Position numbers and translations under genes: made by a program. Positions 9,826-21,018 of a DNA stretch of 64,000 nucleotides are shown here, one piece after another. Source of the stretch: a virus (Duplodnaviria > Caudoviricetes); the IMG/VR virus record IMGVR_UViG_2892966740_000006, positions 22,938 through 86,937 of that record; one strand, given 5' to 3'. Numbering within the stretch: position 1 is the stretch's first letter; each line of letters begins with the position of its first letter. Below the pieces are notes generated by a model, which was given only the letters and a program-made list of their open reading frames with translations, searched no databases and was not told the origin of the DNA.

Positions 9826-10437
9826 TCATACCCCGGCAATATCCAGCGGAATCGGCACATACTGGTCTGCCTCGCCAACCCGCTCGTAGACGCGGATGTA
9901 CGACTTGGAGCATTGCACCCGTACCGAGTCACTGAGGGCCGTCATGGCTCGTTGCCATTTCTCGTCCTGAATCTCCAGACGACGCAAACCGAGGATGCGG
10001 CCGGTTGAAATCTTTCCCTCCTTGTCGACGTTGAAGGCGTCATTGATCAAGGCACGGATCTCGCTACGTGCTCCCTCGGTCCACTCGTGCACGCACTCGT
10101 CGATTAGTGCTTTGGCCGCCTGCAGTCCCTCGTCAAACGTCAGCGTGTCGGATACGGCCCGCTTGATCTGGTAGCGACCATCAAAGGTGGTCAGGGTGGT
10201 ATTGCCCTTGGCCCCGCCGACCTTGGCGCCATAACGCTCTGCCGACAGTTCGATAAAGGCCTGGATATCGGCAAAGGCCGTGGCCTTGAACGTAGCCAAA
10301 TGTGCTTTGACCTCAACGGCTTTCTTGACGATTTCGCTCACCAGCTCATCACGGGCGATATCGATGGGCTTGATGGTCTCGACCGGAATCAAACGCCCCT
10401 TGGCGTCCTTTTTGTATCCCTGCGGGATGGCATCCAT
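9826..10437 (-). CDS. DUF3164 family Mu-like protein
   Basis: GYKKDAKGRLIP...GGAKGNTTLTTFDG...SKSYIRVYER. Confidence 0.85.
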   Translation of the reverse strand: MDAIPQGYKKDAKGRLIPVETIKPIDIARDELVSEIVKKAVEVKAHLATFKATAFADIQAFIELSAERYGAKVGGAKGNTTLTTFDGRYQIKRAVSDTLTFDEGLQAAKALIDECVHEWTEGARSEIRALINDAFNVDKEGKISTGRILGLRRLEIQDEKWQRAMTALSDSVRVQCSKSYIRVYERVGEADQYVPIPLDIAGV

Positions 10438-10439
10438 GG

Positions 10440-10799
10440 TTATTTCCTCAGTCCTACTAGTTGTTTCACTTTGGCCAGTTCGGCCCGGTTCTTTTGCAGC
10501 CACTCCGGCGTCATCGCCACTTCATCGGCTGCCCGCCAAAATCTTTTTCGTGACGGCGGCGATGGCGGTTTATCCGGTGGCGGCTCCGGTACCGGGGTGT
10601 CTGGTGGGCTAGGCTCGGGCTGTGGTGGCGCTGGGGCGGTGGCGACCACCGGTGTGGCAGAGGCCGCCAGCTCGTCCAGATAGTCATCCCACACAATGCG
10701 CCGGGCCTTCTTCCGGTCCATGCCCATGCCAACCAGACGCTCAACCTCTTCGGCCAACCTTGCCTTGGTCATGTCATCCAGCTCGCTGGCCTGCGTCAT
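10440..10799 (-). CDS. Hypothetical Pro-rich protein
   Basis: ORF tiled in operon. Confidence 0.6.
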   Translation of the reverse strand: MTQASELDDMTKARLAEEVERLVGMGMDRKKARRIVWDDYLDELAASATPVVATAPAPPQPEPSPPDTPVPEPPPDKPPSPPSRKRFWRAADEVAMTPEWLQKNRAELAKVKQLVGLRK

Positions 10800-11631
10800 G
10801 CCAGCAACTCCCGTTGCGGCATGACTGGCTGTAACCGGTGCAAAAACTGGTACAGCTGATCGGTTTCATCCGGGCTAAGTACCGTCGTGCTGCCGTTCGT
10901 CAGGTCCAGATAAAGCCACCCGGCTTGATCCAACAGGCAGTTAAACGGCACGTCTTCTTTGGGCTTGGATGGCGACGGTTCTACCGGTTTCTTGCCCGAC
11001 ACATGCGAGGGGAATAGCACCTTGAAGCGTTCAGGTGCGCTCTCAAACAGCTCTACAGTGCCGTCATCACCAATGGAGCCAATCAACGGAATCGGGCTGC
11101 AGTCTGGAGCGCTCATGTCATCGTTTACGTTCCCATTCCCGGCTACTTCGGTATCCGTGTTGGAGTCGGCATGACGGGCCTGCTTGCTTTCCTTGGCGAC
11201 GGACTGATCGGTATTGGAGACCCAATACCAGTGGCCATTGTCATGGCGTTTGACCTGATCCTTTTTGCGGTAGAACTGCAGGGCGGTGTTGACTGCTGCC
11301 GGTGAGCCGACCACTTGATCAACCAGTTGGGCCGATGTCATCCCGGTTTTGCCTACTCCCATCAATATCCGCTTAACCGGGCAGGAACGTTCTGCTTGTC
11401 ATTCGGCTTGGCCTCCGCGACCACGTGCTTTCCGGGTCCGAACTGCCAGATCAGTTCGTTACCGACATCACGGCGGTTGACCTTGTTTTGGCTCTCAAGC
11501 TGCAACAGTGCTGACGTCAGTTCCATCACGCTATGCCCCAGCTGTTGTGCGAGTTCTTTGGTCGAGCGGCCATGTTTGTGTTCGGACAAGGCAGCCAGCA
11601 CCTGCTGTTCAAGCACTTTTGCGTTCTCCAT
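10796..11631 (-). CDS. Hypothetical winged-HTH protein (frameshifted)
   Basis: Two ORFs abut; STKELAQQLG HTH-like segment. Confidence 0.55.
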
Positions 11632-11632
11632 G

Positions 11633-12025
11633 TCACTGCACCTCAACGCAGGCGGGTTTGCCGGTCAGCATCGTGTTGACTCCAACCGAGGTCTCGACCA
11701 GATCCGTCGCCACCTTCCCGACGTTGACCATCAACTCACGGCAACGGTTAGCCATATCCAGCAACTCCTTGGCATCCAGTTCCTTCAGCAGAATGGCGCG
11801 GATCACGTCGGCGTTTTCCGGGGTGATGAGGGTGATATCAATGCCCAGCTCGTGGCGAAGGCGTACCATCTCATCGACCTGTGCCGGGGCTTTGCGGCCG
11901 CTTTCATAGCGGGAGCCGCCGGACTGGGTGACTTTGACCGCACTCCAGAAATCTGATTGATTCAGGCCAAGGGCACGGCGCATGGCGCGGTAGTCACGTT
12001 TTACGGTTTGTTCTTGCATGGTCAT
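11633..12025 (-). CDS. XRE HTH protein
   Basis: MRRALGLNQSDFWSAVKVTQSGGSRYESGR. Confidence 0.85.
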   Translation of the reverse strand: MTMQEQTVKRDYRAMRRALGLNQSDFWSAVKVTQSGGSRYESGRKAPAQVDEMVRLRHELGIDITLITPENADVIRAILLKELDAKELLDMANRCRELMVNVGKVATDLVETSVGVNTMLTGKPACVEVQ

Positions 12026-12032
12026 CTCCTGA

Positions 12033-12347
12033 TTAATTTCCGATTTCTGTCCAAACGATGCGGCAACCGCCCAGCTGGAACTGTCCTTCGCGGTACTGGC
12101 CCACACGCTCACGCTTGCCAAAACTGAAGTACACCGCTTCGCCCTTGGCGATCAGGGTGTGGCACTGGCCACTGGTCTGAATGCGAATGGTCGGACGGGA
12201 TACGCTCTTCAACTCCACATCGGTGACCGTGAAGCCGTTCTCGCTCAACGCTTCAATGGCGCGGGCCGCTTTATGCGTGGCATCCAGCAACGCCGCATTA
12301 ACCTGCCGGGTTGAATGGGTACGTAAATGGGTCGTGCTCATTAACAT
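12033..12347 (-). CDS. Mu-like hypothetical protein
   Basis: ORF tiled in operon; ends GCRIVWTE. Confidence 0.65.
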   Translation of the reverse strand: MLMSTTHLRTHSTRQVNAALLDATHKAARAIEALSENGFTVTDVELKSVSRPTIRIQTSGQCHTLIAKGEAVYFSFGKRERVGQYREGQFQLGGCRIVWTEIGN

Positions 12348-12665
12348 GGTCAGTCTCCTTTGCAGCAGTTTTTGCACTGTCGGCAGGCTCGCCAGTGGCT
12401 GAGTTTTAACGGGTGGTGAGTGGGGGCGCGGCTACTGCTGAAAGCCCGGCAATCGGCCATCGTCATGTCAGCGCCATTGAATGGGCAGATCACACGGGCC
12501 AGTACCGCGAGCACTTTTTTCTCAACGGCGTCGGTTTTGCCAGCATATTTCCCGGCCAGTACCAGGGCTGACCGTAGAGCGCGAGTAGCCCAGCGCGTCG
12601 GCCACCGGTTTCTGCCCGCGTTCGGCCACCGCTTCCCGCAGGATTTCCAGCCAGTCAGCAGTCAT
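12344..12665 (-). CDS. Small HTH protein (frameshifted)
   Basis: WLEILREAV...VADALGYSRSTVS. Confidence 0.65.
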
Positions 12666-13283
12666 GATCAGGCTCCTCTTGCCAGACCACTTTCCCCAGA
12701 TTCGGGTCATAGACCGTCTTGGTGCGCTGGATCATCGGTGGGCGCGGGCCGGAGTTGCGGGCCGGGTTGAAGCGATAGCGGGTGGGGATGCCACCGGCGC
12801 CCTTGCCATGGCCCTTGGTCACGGTAATCAGATAACCCGCTGCTGACAGGTGCTTGACGTATGCCTTGGCGGTTTCGGTCGCGACGGTGACTTCGGAAGA
12901 ACTGGATAGCGCGGCCAGCTCATGAAACGTGAAGTCACGGATCATCCGCATGGTTCGCCACATCGATTCATTCGCCAGCCCTTGGGTGACCGGCTTGCCA
13001 TCACGGGTCAGGCGAGGCGCTTCGATTCCCTTATCCACAGCCAGCTTCCAGCGCTTCTCGGTATGACCAGATGCCTCCTGAATGACCTCAATGATTCCGG
13101 CCTTGGTCAGCGACCGCAGATAGGTCTTCGCCGTATCGATATCGGTATCGGCTTTGGCGGCCACGTCGATGACCGTGAAGTCGTCACGTTTTTTACGGAT
13201 AGCCTCCCAAAGTCTCTGACGCCCCCCTTACCCCCCACCAGTTCAAGGTGAGCCGCGCGACGCGGATTTAGTGGTGCCCCCAT
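12655..13283 (-). CDS. Mu-like double-HTH protein (frameshifted)
   Basis: EAPRLTRDG...MWRTMR...SGPRPPMIQR...VYDPN. Confidence 0.75.
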
Positions 13284-13284
13284 C

Positions 13285-13998
13285 TCAGTTCCTCTTCGGT
13301 GCGTCGCCGGTATACAGCGGGTTAGTGCCCCATGTAGCCCGGTCAATCGCATCCAGCCCGTGCAGCATCGCGTATTCATGGAGGTTGACCAGGTTGACGC
13401 ACACCCGGCGGACCGAGCCGTGAGCCAGATCTACCACGTAGGCCAGCAAGTCCTCAGCGATGGCGACCTGTGGGCTGTAAATCGGAACCAGTTTCGCCGC
13501 GTCAGCCATCGTCACCGGCTGGGCCGGTACCCATGCCAGCACCCGGCCGTGAAAGCGTTCAAACTTCTTCAGCTTGGTCGGCAGCATTTCTTCACCGACC
13601 AGCATCAGCGGCGCCTGGCTGCCTTCGTAAATGTCGCGCAACAGTTCCACCATGCCCGGTCGGCTGGCAGCGTGGTCAGCTTCGTCCAGGATCAGCGGCC
13701 GCTGGCTGGTGCTCATCTGCTCGCAGATCAGATCAAGGTTGGCCGATACCGTGGAGGCCGGACGCATGCCCATTTCAAAGGCGATTTTTTCCAGCAGCGC
13801 TTTTTTTCCCAGTGCACTACGCATCTGGACGTAATAAGCGCGGGTTTCATTGGACACCGCCACGATGGTGGTGGTCTTGCCGTAACCACTGGGGCCGTAG
13901 TACACGCCGAGGCCCGGCAGGCCATCTTGGCGATTGATCAGCTTGCTCATCGCAATGCTGACCAAATCGAGGTTGGCAATCGGTGCAATCTTGTTCAC
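13285..13998 (-). CDS. MuB-like AAA ATPase
   Basis: Walker A GPSGYGKT, Walker B LILDEAD; follows transposase. Confidence 0.92.
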   Translation of the reverse strand: MNKIAPIANLDLVSIAMSKLINRQDGLPGLGVYYGPSGYGKTTTIVAVSNETRAYYVQMRSALGKKALLEKIAFEMGMRPASTVSANLDLICEQMSTSQRPLILDEADHAASRPGMVELLRDIYEGSQAPLMLVGEEMLPTKLKKFERFHGRVLAWVPAQPVTMADAAKLVPIYSPQVAIAEDLLAYVVDLAHGSVRRVCVNLVNLHEYAMLHGLDAIDRATWGTNPLYTGDAPKRN

Positions 13999-14009
13999 GG
14001 TTCAAACTC

Positions 14010-16136
14010 CTATCGACGACTCAAGGTCTTGTATTCGTTGGTGTGGGTGTATTTGTTCAGTACCCAATCCAGTTCACGCTCGCTGAGGCATTCGCCCCGT
14101 CCATGGCGATCACGTAGCGTGCAGAAATAGCGGTAACGGGCCTCCGGGCTGTCCGGGATGGACAGCACATTGCTCGGCAAGACGGTTTCAACGGGTACGG
14201 TCGGCGGTACCACCTGCAAGGTGGGTTTGTCGGTCAGAGGCTCGACCGGTTTTTCCGCGTGTTCGGCCCGAACCTTGGCAGCGGCTTCGGCCAACTGCTC
14301 ACGGGTACCAAACACCACGCCGGGGATAACGATTTCCTTTTGGGCCTCAATGGTAAACTGGCCACGGCGTTCGGCTTCCACTTCTTCCAGATGCGCTTGC
14401 AGGCGGTCAGCGCGGGCATCGGCGCGTTTCTCTCGGGCACGCTCAATGACAGAAACCGGGAAGTAACTGCGGACATTCGCATTCCATTCGGCCGTGCAAA
14501 TTAGCCTGCCATCGTCGGCATAAACCCATACCGGCTGGCGTCATTCACGTCATAGCCAATGCGCAGCTGTTCACCGTGAAATTCCTCCAGCTCACGGCTG
14601 AAATAGCGGTTGCCATACAGTTGTATTTCGCCCCGGCGAATAACCCGTTCGACTTGCGGCCGAAACAGATAGGCGTCTTCACCCGGCTTCAACGTATGAG
14701 GTTCCCAGCCAAGAGCAATAAACTCGGCCAGTTTCATATCCGGGCTAATGCCATTCAGGCTGGAATGAGGACGGGCGTTGTAATCCGCGATGCGCTGATT
14801 AATGAATTCGATAAATTGCGGCCAACTGATCAAATTAACGGTGCCACCGGTTTTGACGGCTTTACGGGTAATCTTGAATTGAGCCAGTTTGGCTTCACGG
14901 TCCATATCAACGCCGATATAGCTTTGCAACTCGCGGGCGGCACGAACAAATACCGACTGGTGCAAACGTTCCACGGCGCCTTTGGCCTGCGAGTTATACG
15001 GTTTGGCAAAGTGCATTTCCGCACCTAGCCGTCCCATAATCCCGGTCGATTCATTTCGCAGCAGGTCGTTTTTGTAACCAGAGCCGTTATCGACATAAAA
15101 GATCGCCATAACGCCTTCACGCGTTACCGCATGGGTAATGGCATCCAGTACGGCTAGTGATGATTCCGCCAGCCCGACACTCCATCCCACGATACGGCGG
15201 GTGGCCACATCGATAATGGCGGTGATTTCCGGGCGAAAAGGCTTACCATGGAACGGATGTTGAACCTCGGCATCAAAGGTGTGCCCATCAGCGGTCCAGA
15301 CGTCGTTCGGCAGCAGATCAGAGATATCGCGGCGGACGAACGGCTTGATATTCTTCATCTCACGCGGGCCGATCCGACCGGTTTGGCGGCTGACGTTCCC
15401 CAGCTTGCCAATGAAGCGGCGCACCTGATGGATCGAGGGTAGATCCTCCGGGCTTCCGGCCCACTCTCGTCTGAACTGCTCATAGGAATGCGTCACGTTC
15501 GGTTTGCTGGGCAACTGCCAGAGTCGCAGGAAGGCGGCGGCCCATTCCGGCACATCCAGTAACGCCGTCATGGCGGTTTTAGGCGCCAGATGGCCTTCTT
15601 TTTCCAAGGCACGCCAGCCTTTGATGGTACGAATGGAGGGATAGGGACCATTCAAGCCCTTGCGGCCACGTCCGTCATGGGCAGCGCGGAGCATCATGTC
15701 CAGATGCGGGTCCAGCATCCCGGCCTTGGCCTGCGTTAAAAGCGTGTGAATCGCCGCCTCACGGCTCACGCCACACCCCGCCATCAAACGCTCAATGGCC
15801 ACCAAGACCCCCTTGCGGGCACCTTCTACCGTCTGCTGACGGCTGGTCAGCGCCAATTCCAGCTGCTGTTCCTTGGTTTTAACGGCGGGCAGTGCCACGA
15901 CCGGGGCAGAAACCAGCTTCGTAACCAAGCGATCCTTAATTGCCTTGATTGCTTCATCCGGCAGGCTGGTGAGGGCGTATTCGTACCCGCCACCGCGCCC
16001 TTGGCGTTTTTTTGATTCCCATAGTTCGGTTTTTGCCCGGATTCCAATTCCTTGGATGGTTCCGGTGCAGCCCCGGCAGCTTCAGGTCAGCCAACTCGGC
16101 GGCGCTGTAATGGGTTTTAAGTTCGGTCTGGCTCAT
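14010..16136 (-). CDS. MuA-like DDE transposase (frameshifted)
   Basis: WTADGHTFD, YVDNGSGY, PYNSQAKGAVER; N-terminal Mu HTH. Confidence 0.93.
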
Positions 16137-16234
16137 GCCCAAACCCCTTGTTGGGTGAGGACTCTGCCAATCTGGGTAGAATGGCGATGCAGGCCGCAAA
16201 CTTGCATGTCATCAACCTTCATTGGAGAGCCCCC

Positions 16235-16534
16235 ATGGAAGACAAAGAATTGATAGCTACACTTGAGAATCGGGATGAAAACTTTGTTGCGCTGCGGGAA
16301 GCGTTTGTGGCGCTTGCTCATTCGCTCGCTCATCAAGGGATTCTTGACCTGGATGTTTTTCGGAAAGAGATGAAAGCCGCTGCAAATCATCTTCAGACCA
16401 CTGCCGACGAACCAAAGGCGGCAGTTCTTTTGGAAAGCTTTTCAACAAACCTTCTCGCAGACCTTGAGAACAAAAGGGACATTGCTGCCGCTCGGCGTAA
16501 ACGGGATCTTTCTCGTTCTCAGCAGGAGGATTGA
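16235..16534 (+). CDS. Hypothetical helical protein, antisense in early operon
   Basis: RBS GGAG; 99 aa. Confidence 0.55.
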   Translation: MEDKELIATLENRDENFVALREAFVALAHSLAHQGILDLDVFRKEMKAAANHLQTTADEPKAAVLLESFSTNLLADLENKRDIAAARRKRDLSRSQQED

Positions 16535-16669
16535 TACGCGCTGACAAAATTTGTTGAGCATGTAGCTGTGCTCGACGATCTAAGAGAATCTGTTTCTTCT
16601 CTGCTTTCTCAGAAAGAAAATCCGCAGAGAAAATGACGACCCCATCAACAATCTTTGTTGGTTGGTTTT

Positions 16670-17152
16670 TCATGTCATATCTCCAAACAGTTCAAGCTCT
16701 GGTTTGCTGGCCTTCATCACGTTCTCGCGGTGATAGGCCACTTCAGACAAGGTGCGAGTAAGCGAAGAAACGGTTTCTTCCAGTCCTGACCCATCCTGAT
16801 AAAACCGTGCTAACAGCGAGATGGCTGCGGCGGCGTTGGCTTGCAGTTCGGCAACATCCGTCACGCTGGCTTTACGTCCTGCCGGGATAGCGATTACCAC
16901 CTTGTTGCCATGGGCCAGACAGAGGTGCTCGCTGACGAATGAAGCACCGGCGAAATACTCAAACTGACGAACGCGGTTAAGGGGAATGGAGCTGTCAGCT
17001 AACCAGCGGTAATAGGTCTTGAGTTCAACGCCCATCAGGTCAGCCATCACCTTGGCTGGGCGGCGTAAAACCTCGCTGGCGTGATCGGCACATAGCTCAA
17101 TCGCCTCATCCAGACTCGAAGGTCTTGCCGACTTCCAGTTGCGTTTTCTCAT
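16670..17152 (-). CDS. Phage regulatory (CII-like) HTH protein
   Basis: MRKRNWK...MADLMGV...YYRWL. Confidence 0.7.
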   Translation of the reverse strand: MRKRNWKSARPSSLDEAIELCADHASEVLRRPAKVMADLMGVELKTYYRWLADSSIPLNRVRQFEYFAGASFVSEHLCLAHGNKVVIAIPAGRKASVTDVAELQANAAAAISLLARFYQDGSGLEETVSSLTRTLSEVAYHRENVMKASKPELELFGDMT

Positions 17153-17212
17153 GATGGTTTTCCTTGCTTCGGGAAACGTAAGGCTGGTGCGCTGTCGCGC
17201 TTCCACCTACGC

Positions 17213-17509
17213 TTACTCCATGACAACAGGGCAATTTGCAGTGCCAGAAGGCACCGAAGGGAAAACCGGCTTAAAATGGCGATGCTCGTAACGGCTTGGC
17301 CAAATGGTTTCTGGCTTTACACCGATAGCAGCGGCGATAATTCGCTCGGCTTTCGGCCAAGGACGATCAAGCGCATTGTTCAGTGCAGAAGGACTCATTC
17401 CTGCCGCGATGGACAGCTTGCGGATCGACCAGCTCCTTACGAACTTCCGCCACGATGTCCGCCCTGTGCCAATCAACGGCGGCTTTTTTTCGGGTTGCAT
17501 TGTGCTCAT
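17213..17509 (-). CDS. ner: Ner-like regulator (frameshifted)
   Basis: DWHRADIVA in alternate frame; NALDRPWPKAERIIAAAIGVKPETIWPSRY. Confidence 0.9.
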   Translation of the reverse strand: MSTMQPEKKPPLIGTGRTSWRKFVRSWSIRKLSIAAGMSPSALNNALDRPWPKAERIIAAAIGVKPETIWPSRYEHRHFKPVFPSVPSGTANCPVVME

Positions 17510-17663
17510 TCCTTAATCTATTTCGGTGATTAGGTGAGCACATGGTATGACCAAATGGGTTCAAAGTAAACATGAAAGAGGTCATTTTCATGTTCAAAAC
17601 AAACTCAAGTGTTGCCATTTTGCAAACCTGTGAATTTGTTTGCTTAAAATTCAAAGGCTTAAC

Positions 17664-18466
17664 ATGAACTATAAAGCTGATAAAAATCCCATTGATCAAC
17701 TTTCAAGTTCGAGCCGTGAACCTGAAAGTTCAGACTTTCACCAGCGGCTAGCTTCGCTACTACCCTCATTTAAGAGTGTTCGTGCTTTTGCTATTGCATC
17801 TGGGGTATCGCAAACAGGTTTGCAGAGATTGATTAATGGTGGTGAGCCGACTCTGTCCACCTTGGTTTCATTGGCTAAAGCAGGTGGCGTGTCTGTTGAG
17901 TGGCTTGCGACAGGCGAAGGTACAAGGATGCTAGACAGCGATGCGTCTACGACTGGATCGTTCGCAACTAATGAGCCAATCGCCCACTATGCCGTCGGCC
18001 CATCGACCTCACAGGTAATGGATACGCAGGGGAACCCGGTATGCTTGGAGGAGTTCGCCTTCATTCCGCGCTACAACCTGAAGGCATCGGCAGGCTACGG
18101 AGCAAGCACAGACGGCGAGAAACCGCTGTTTACCATGGCTTTCCGCAAGTATTGGATAGACAACTATCTGCGGTGCCAGCCTAGTGACCTGTCGGTTATC
18201 TCGGTGAAGGGTGACTCAATGGAGGGTGTGCTGAACGACCGCGACGTCATCCTCATTAACCATACCGACAATGATCCTGGTACGGGTCTGTACGTCCTGC
18301 GTATGGATGGCGATCTGATCGTGAAGCGCGTGCAGCGCATTCCGGTGGCAAGATCAAGGTAACCAGTGCGAATACGGCCTACGAGCCTTTTGAAGTCGAT
18401 CTGGCCAACTTGCCTAACGACTTCTCCATCATCGGCCGTGTCGTGTGGTTTGGGCGCCAAATTTAA
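17664..18466 (+). CDS. Mu-like prophage repressor, HTH plus S24 peptidase (frameshift near 18345)
   Basis: VSVEWLATG, VKGDSM, VKR, IIGRVVW; divergent from ner. Confidence 0.9.
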
Positions 18467-18589
18467 CGGCTAGGTGTATTGGTACGTGTGAAGTATCGAT
18501 CTGATGCCAATGCAAAAAAACCGCGAAACGCGCTACTTTAGGCGTTAATCGCGGTTTTCTTTTGCAGGTTTTAAAATTTGCATGTCGCC

Positions 18590-18693
18590 CGGCCTGAATC
18601 GGCCTGAAATCCAAGCCTGGCGCGGATTATCCCGCATCATCCCGGCTCATCCCACAGACTATCCCCCTGTGCAATTCACCTCACCACACCACA
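18590..18693. repeat. Mu-like left end with phased ATCCC repeats
   Basis: ATCCC at 18629, 18639, 18649, 18661; GGCCTGAA twice; terminal CA. Confidence 0.7.
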
Positions 18694-19681
18694 CTTGCTC
18701 AAGAAGGTCTGTCGCGCCTTTCGCTCGCAAGTCATGAAAGTGAAATCGGCGATTTCCCGCCGCCTCCCGTGCTCGCATTATTTTCTGCACCAGAGCATTG
18801 AATCCGCTGTCGGTGTATGGTTTGCCAGTCCTGCTTGAAACGAATAAATACCTAGATCCGGATGGTCTAGGGAGCTTTTTCGCTTCAGCTACAGCTGCCA
18901 TTAACTTTGGCGCCCACCCTATCAGTACGGTAACGGGTCGGCTGTTCCTGGTTTTTAGCTGACGAACTAAAAGCCCGTCGTCGCTTATTGCATCAAGCGA
19001 CAGGCGCAATACGTCTTGCCTACGCTGTGCCGCAAGATAGGCGATTTCGAGGGCTGATGCGACGACCTTCCCTGTGCGCAATGTATTGCCATAGTCCTTG
19101 TTTGTCGCCTTTCTGACACCATCCTCACGTTCAGTAAGCATTCCGTGCCTTAGCTCACGAGCAAAGCTGATGAATCTATCGAGTTCATCATCATCGACGT
19201 ATCTGTCGCGGGGCAACTCTTTGTTGCGCGTTACCCCTCGGCATGGGTTGCTTTCCACGATCCCCCAGCGCATTGCCATTGTAAAAACATGGGAGAGAAG
19301 CGCTTTCTCTCGATTTCCGGCCACTGCGGCGCCCTTTCCTGCCCTATAGTCGAGATATTGGGCAACGTGAACTGGCTTTATTTCATCAGGCCTAAAATCA
19401 CCAAATGCTGCTTCAAGCAGCTTCATCTGCCGCTCTTGGTCCATTCGCGTCTTTGCCGCCTTGGTTGGTAACACCTCGACTGCATAACGGTTGAAAACAG
19501 CAGCCATCCCCTGTGAAGGCATCCGGCATGGTGCTTCCAGTTCTACCCACCGTCTTTTTGCCTCCCCCAGATCAGCAGATAGTCGAATCCATTTGTTTGC
19601 TTTGGTGACGTAGTAGTACGCGCCATTTTTTCGGTACATACGCGGAGGAAGGTCGCGATTTTTTAGACGGGGTCTTGCCAT
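18694..19681 (-). pseudogene. int: Tyrosine integrase truncated by the Mu insertion
   Basis: R and HxxR (FHDLRAK) present; LGH...Y catalytic end missing, replaced by Mu-end sequence. Confidence 0.88.
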
Positions 19682-19683
19682 GT

Positions 19684-19926
19684 TTATCTCGTCGTGGCCA
19701 TATCTAATGCATCAATGTTTATTGATCGCGTGCTCAGTTGCTGCTTTGGGTTTTCAAAAGATTCTCCAAGTGCTTGGCGGAACACTACCGAAGATACGAT
19801 AGGGCGACCACTTGCGCTCTTTAAGTGCGGGATATTATTGGCCTCCAACCACTCGCACACGCGTCTTGCCAGCTTATATCCAGACAGCTGCTTTAGCTCA
19901 TCGAATGAGACGATGGTGTCTTCCAT
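19684..19926 (-). CDS. Excisionase-like protein (DUF4224)
   Basis: ELKQLSGYK...WLEANNIP...GRPIV; adjacent to int. Confidence 0.8.
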   Translation of the reverse strand: MEDTIVSFDELKQLSGYKLARRVCEWLEANNIPHLKSASGRPIVSSVVFRQALGESFENPKQQLSTRSINIDALDMATTR

Positions 19927-19952
19927 CTTCACCCCCCAACAAAAAAGCCGCA

Positions 19953-20389
19953 CTATGCGGCTGTGTTTACCTTCTTCATGTGGGCGAAGCCCATTCCCTT
20001 CTGCCAGACAGTGACACCATCGATTACGATACGCGTCGCCCCTTTCTTTCTTGCTTCCGTTACTCGATTGAAAAGCTTCCTGCCGATACGATCCTTATAG
20101 CGGCGGCGGCACTCTTCATTTCCAAGGGCAGCCGGTTGAGGTGCATCCTTACCAGGTCCATACACAAAAATGCGGCAGGCTGGGCACCGACTACCGGATG
20201 ACTCGTACCGCCAGGGCGGCAATGTGAATCAGCTGGCGCAAGCGTAGCGCCTTGAGCATGGTCTGCATGGTGCGAAGATCAGGTATGGCCAGCTTGGTTT
20301 GGAGTTCCGTACGAGTCAGGCTTAGCCGGAGACTGCTGTAGCAACTGCAGCGCACGGCGCTGGTTAGGGCCAAGTCGTGAGGTGTCCAT
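19953..20389 (-). CDS. Hypothetical HTH protein (two frameshifts)
   Basis: Three frames join at GCTAAGC and CCCTGG. Confidence 0.55.
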
Positions 20390-20491
20390 TATTTATTCAC
20401 CTCCATTAGCACTTTTCTGTCAGTTCTCATGTGATTTACCCATGAAAAAAGCCGCTCAGTGGCGGCTTGGTAAATAGTTGACGGTAGCGTG

Positions 20492-20983
20492 TTAGTCCAC
20501 GCGACCTTTGATCTTGTAGCGGCCCCCAACAACGTATCGCTTGTAGGCTGCGATCCAGTCGGTTGCCATGGCCTTTTGTGCCTCGGCCAGAGAGACATTT
20601 CCGTCGCAGACTGACCGGTACAGCACGAACTCCAATTGGTCTTTCTTGGCGGCGCTCCATTCGCTATTGCGGGGCTGCGGCCACAGGTTGCGTTCATCAC
20701 GCGGATCACCACCGATCGACAGGGCAATCAGGTGGTCTTCCTCGTAATGTTTTGGGTCCGTGTCGGCATATCCGTATTCGACGATCTGCGCCTTCTTCAG
20801 CTTGTTGGTGTAGTACGCCGGTGGCCGGATAGTCTTGGTGAAGCCTTTGACGCACACGGTTTGCTGGATGTTGGACTGAGTAATGTCCGGGTTGATGGCG
20901 CCCGGAGTAAGTTTAGGATTTGGCAGGTCACCGGCCGCGGCGAATCCCGCAGCCAGTAGTAGAGCAAGTGCAATCTGTTTCAT
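20492..20983 (-). CDS. Secreted HNH-like protein (moron)
   Basis: Signal peptide; YEEDHLIALSIGG...NLWPQ...KKD; own terminator near 20445-20468. Confidence 0.75.
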   Translation of the reverse strand: MKQIALALLLAAGFAAAGDLPNPKLTPGAINPDITQSNIQQTVCVKGFTKTIRPPAYYTNKLKKAQIVEYGYADTDPKHYEEDHLIALSIGGDPRDERNLWPQPRNSEWSAAKKDQLEFVLYRSVCDGNVSLAEAQKAMATDWIAAYKRYVVGGRYKIKGRVD

Positions 20984-21018
20984 GTTTTCTCGGTGCGATG
21001 TTACTGAGCGACAGTATT

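Larger units (their letters stand above)
1..18693 (-). mobile_element. Mu-like transposable prophage, left portion (continues beyond window start)
   Basis: Mu gene order c-ner-A-B-...-mor-lysis-gp26/27/28/29; terminus ...CACCACA at 18693. Confidence 0.95.

Noticed and set aside
72-15442. Many long + strand ORFs over the Mu region (e.g. 8392-9111, 13360-14130)
   Set aside because: Antisense shadows of GC-rich minus-strand genes; no RBS or recognisable motifs.
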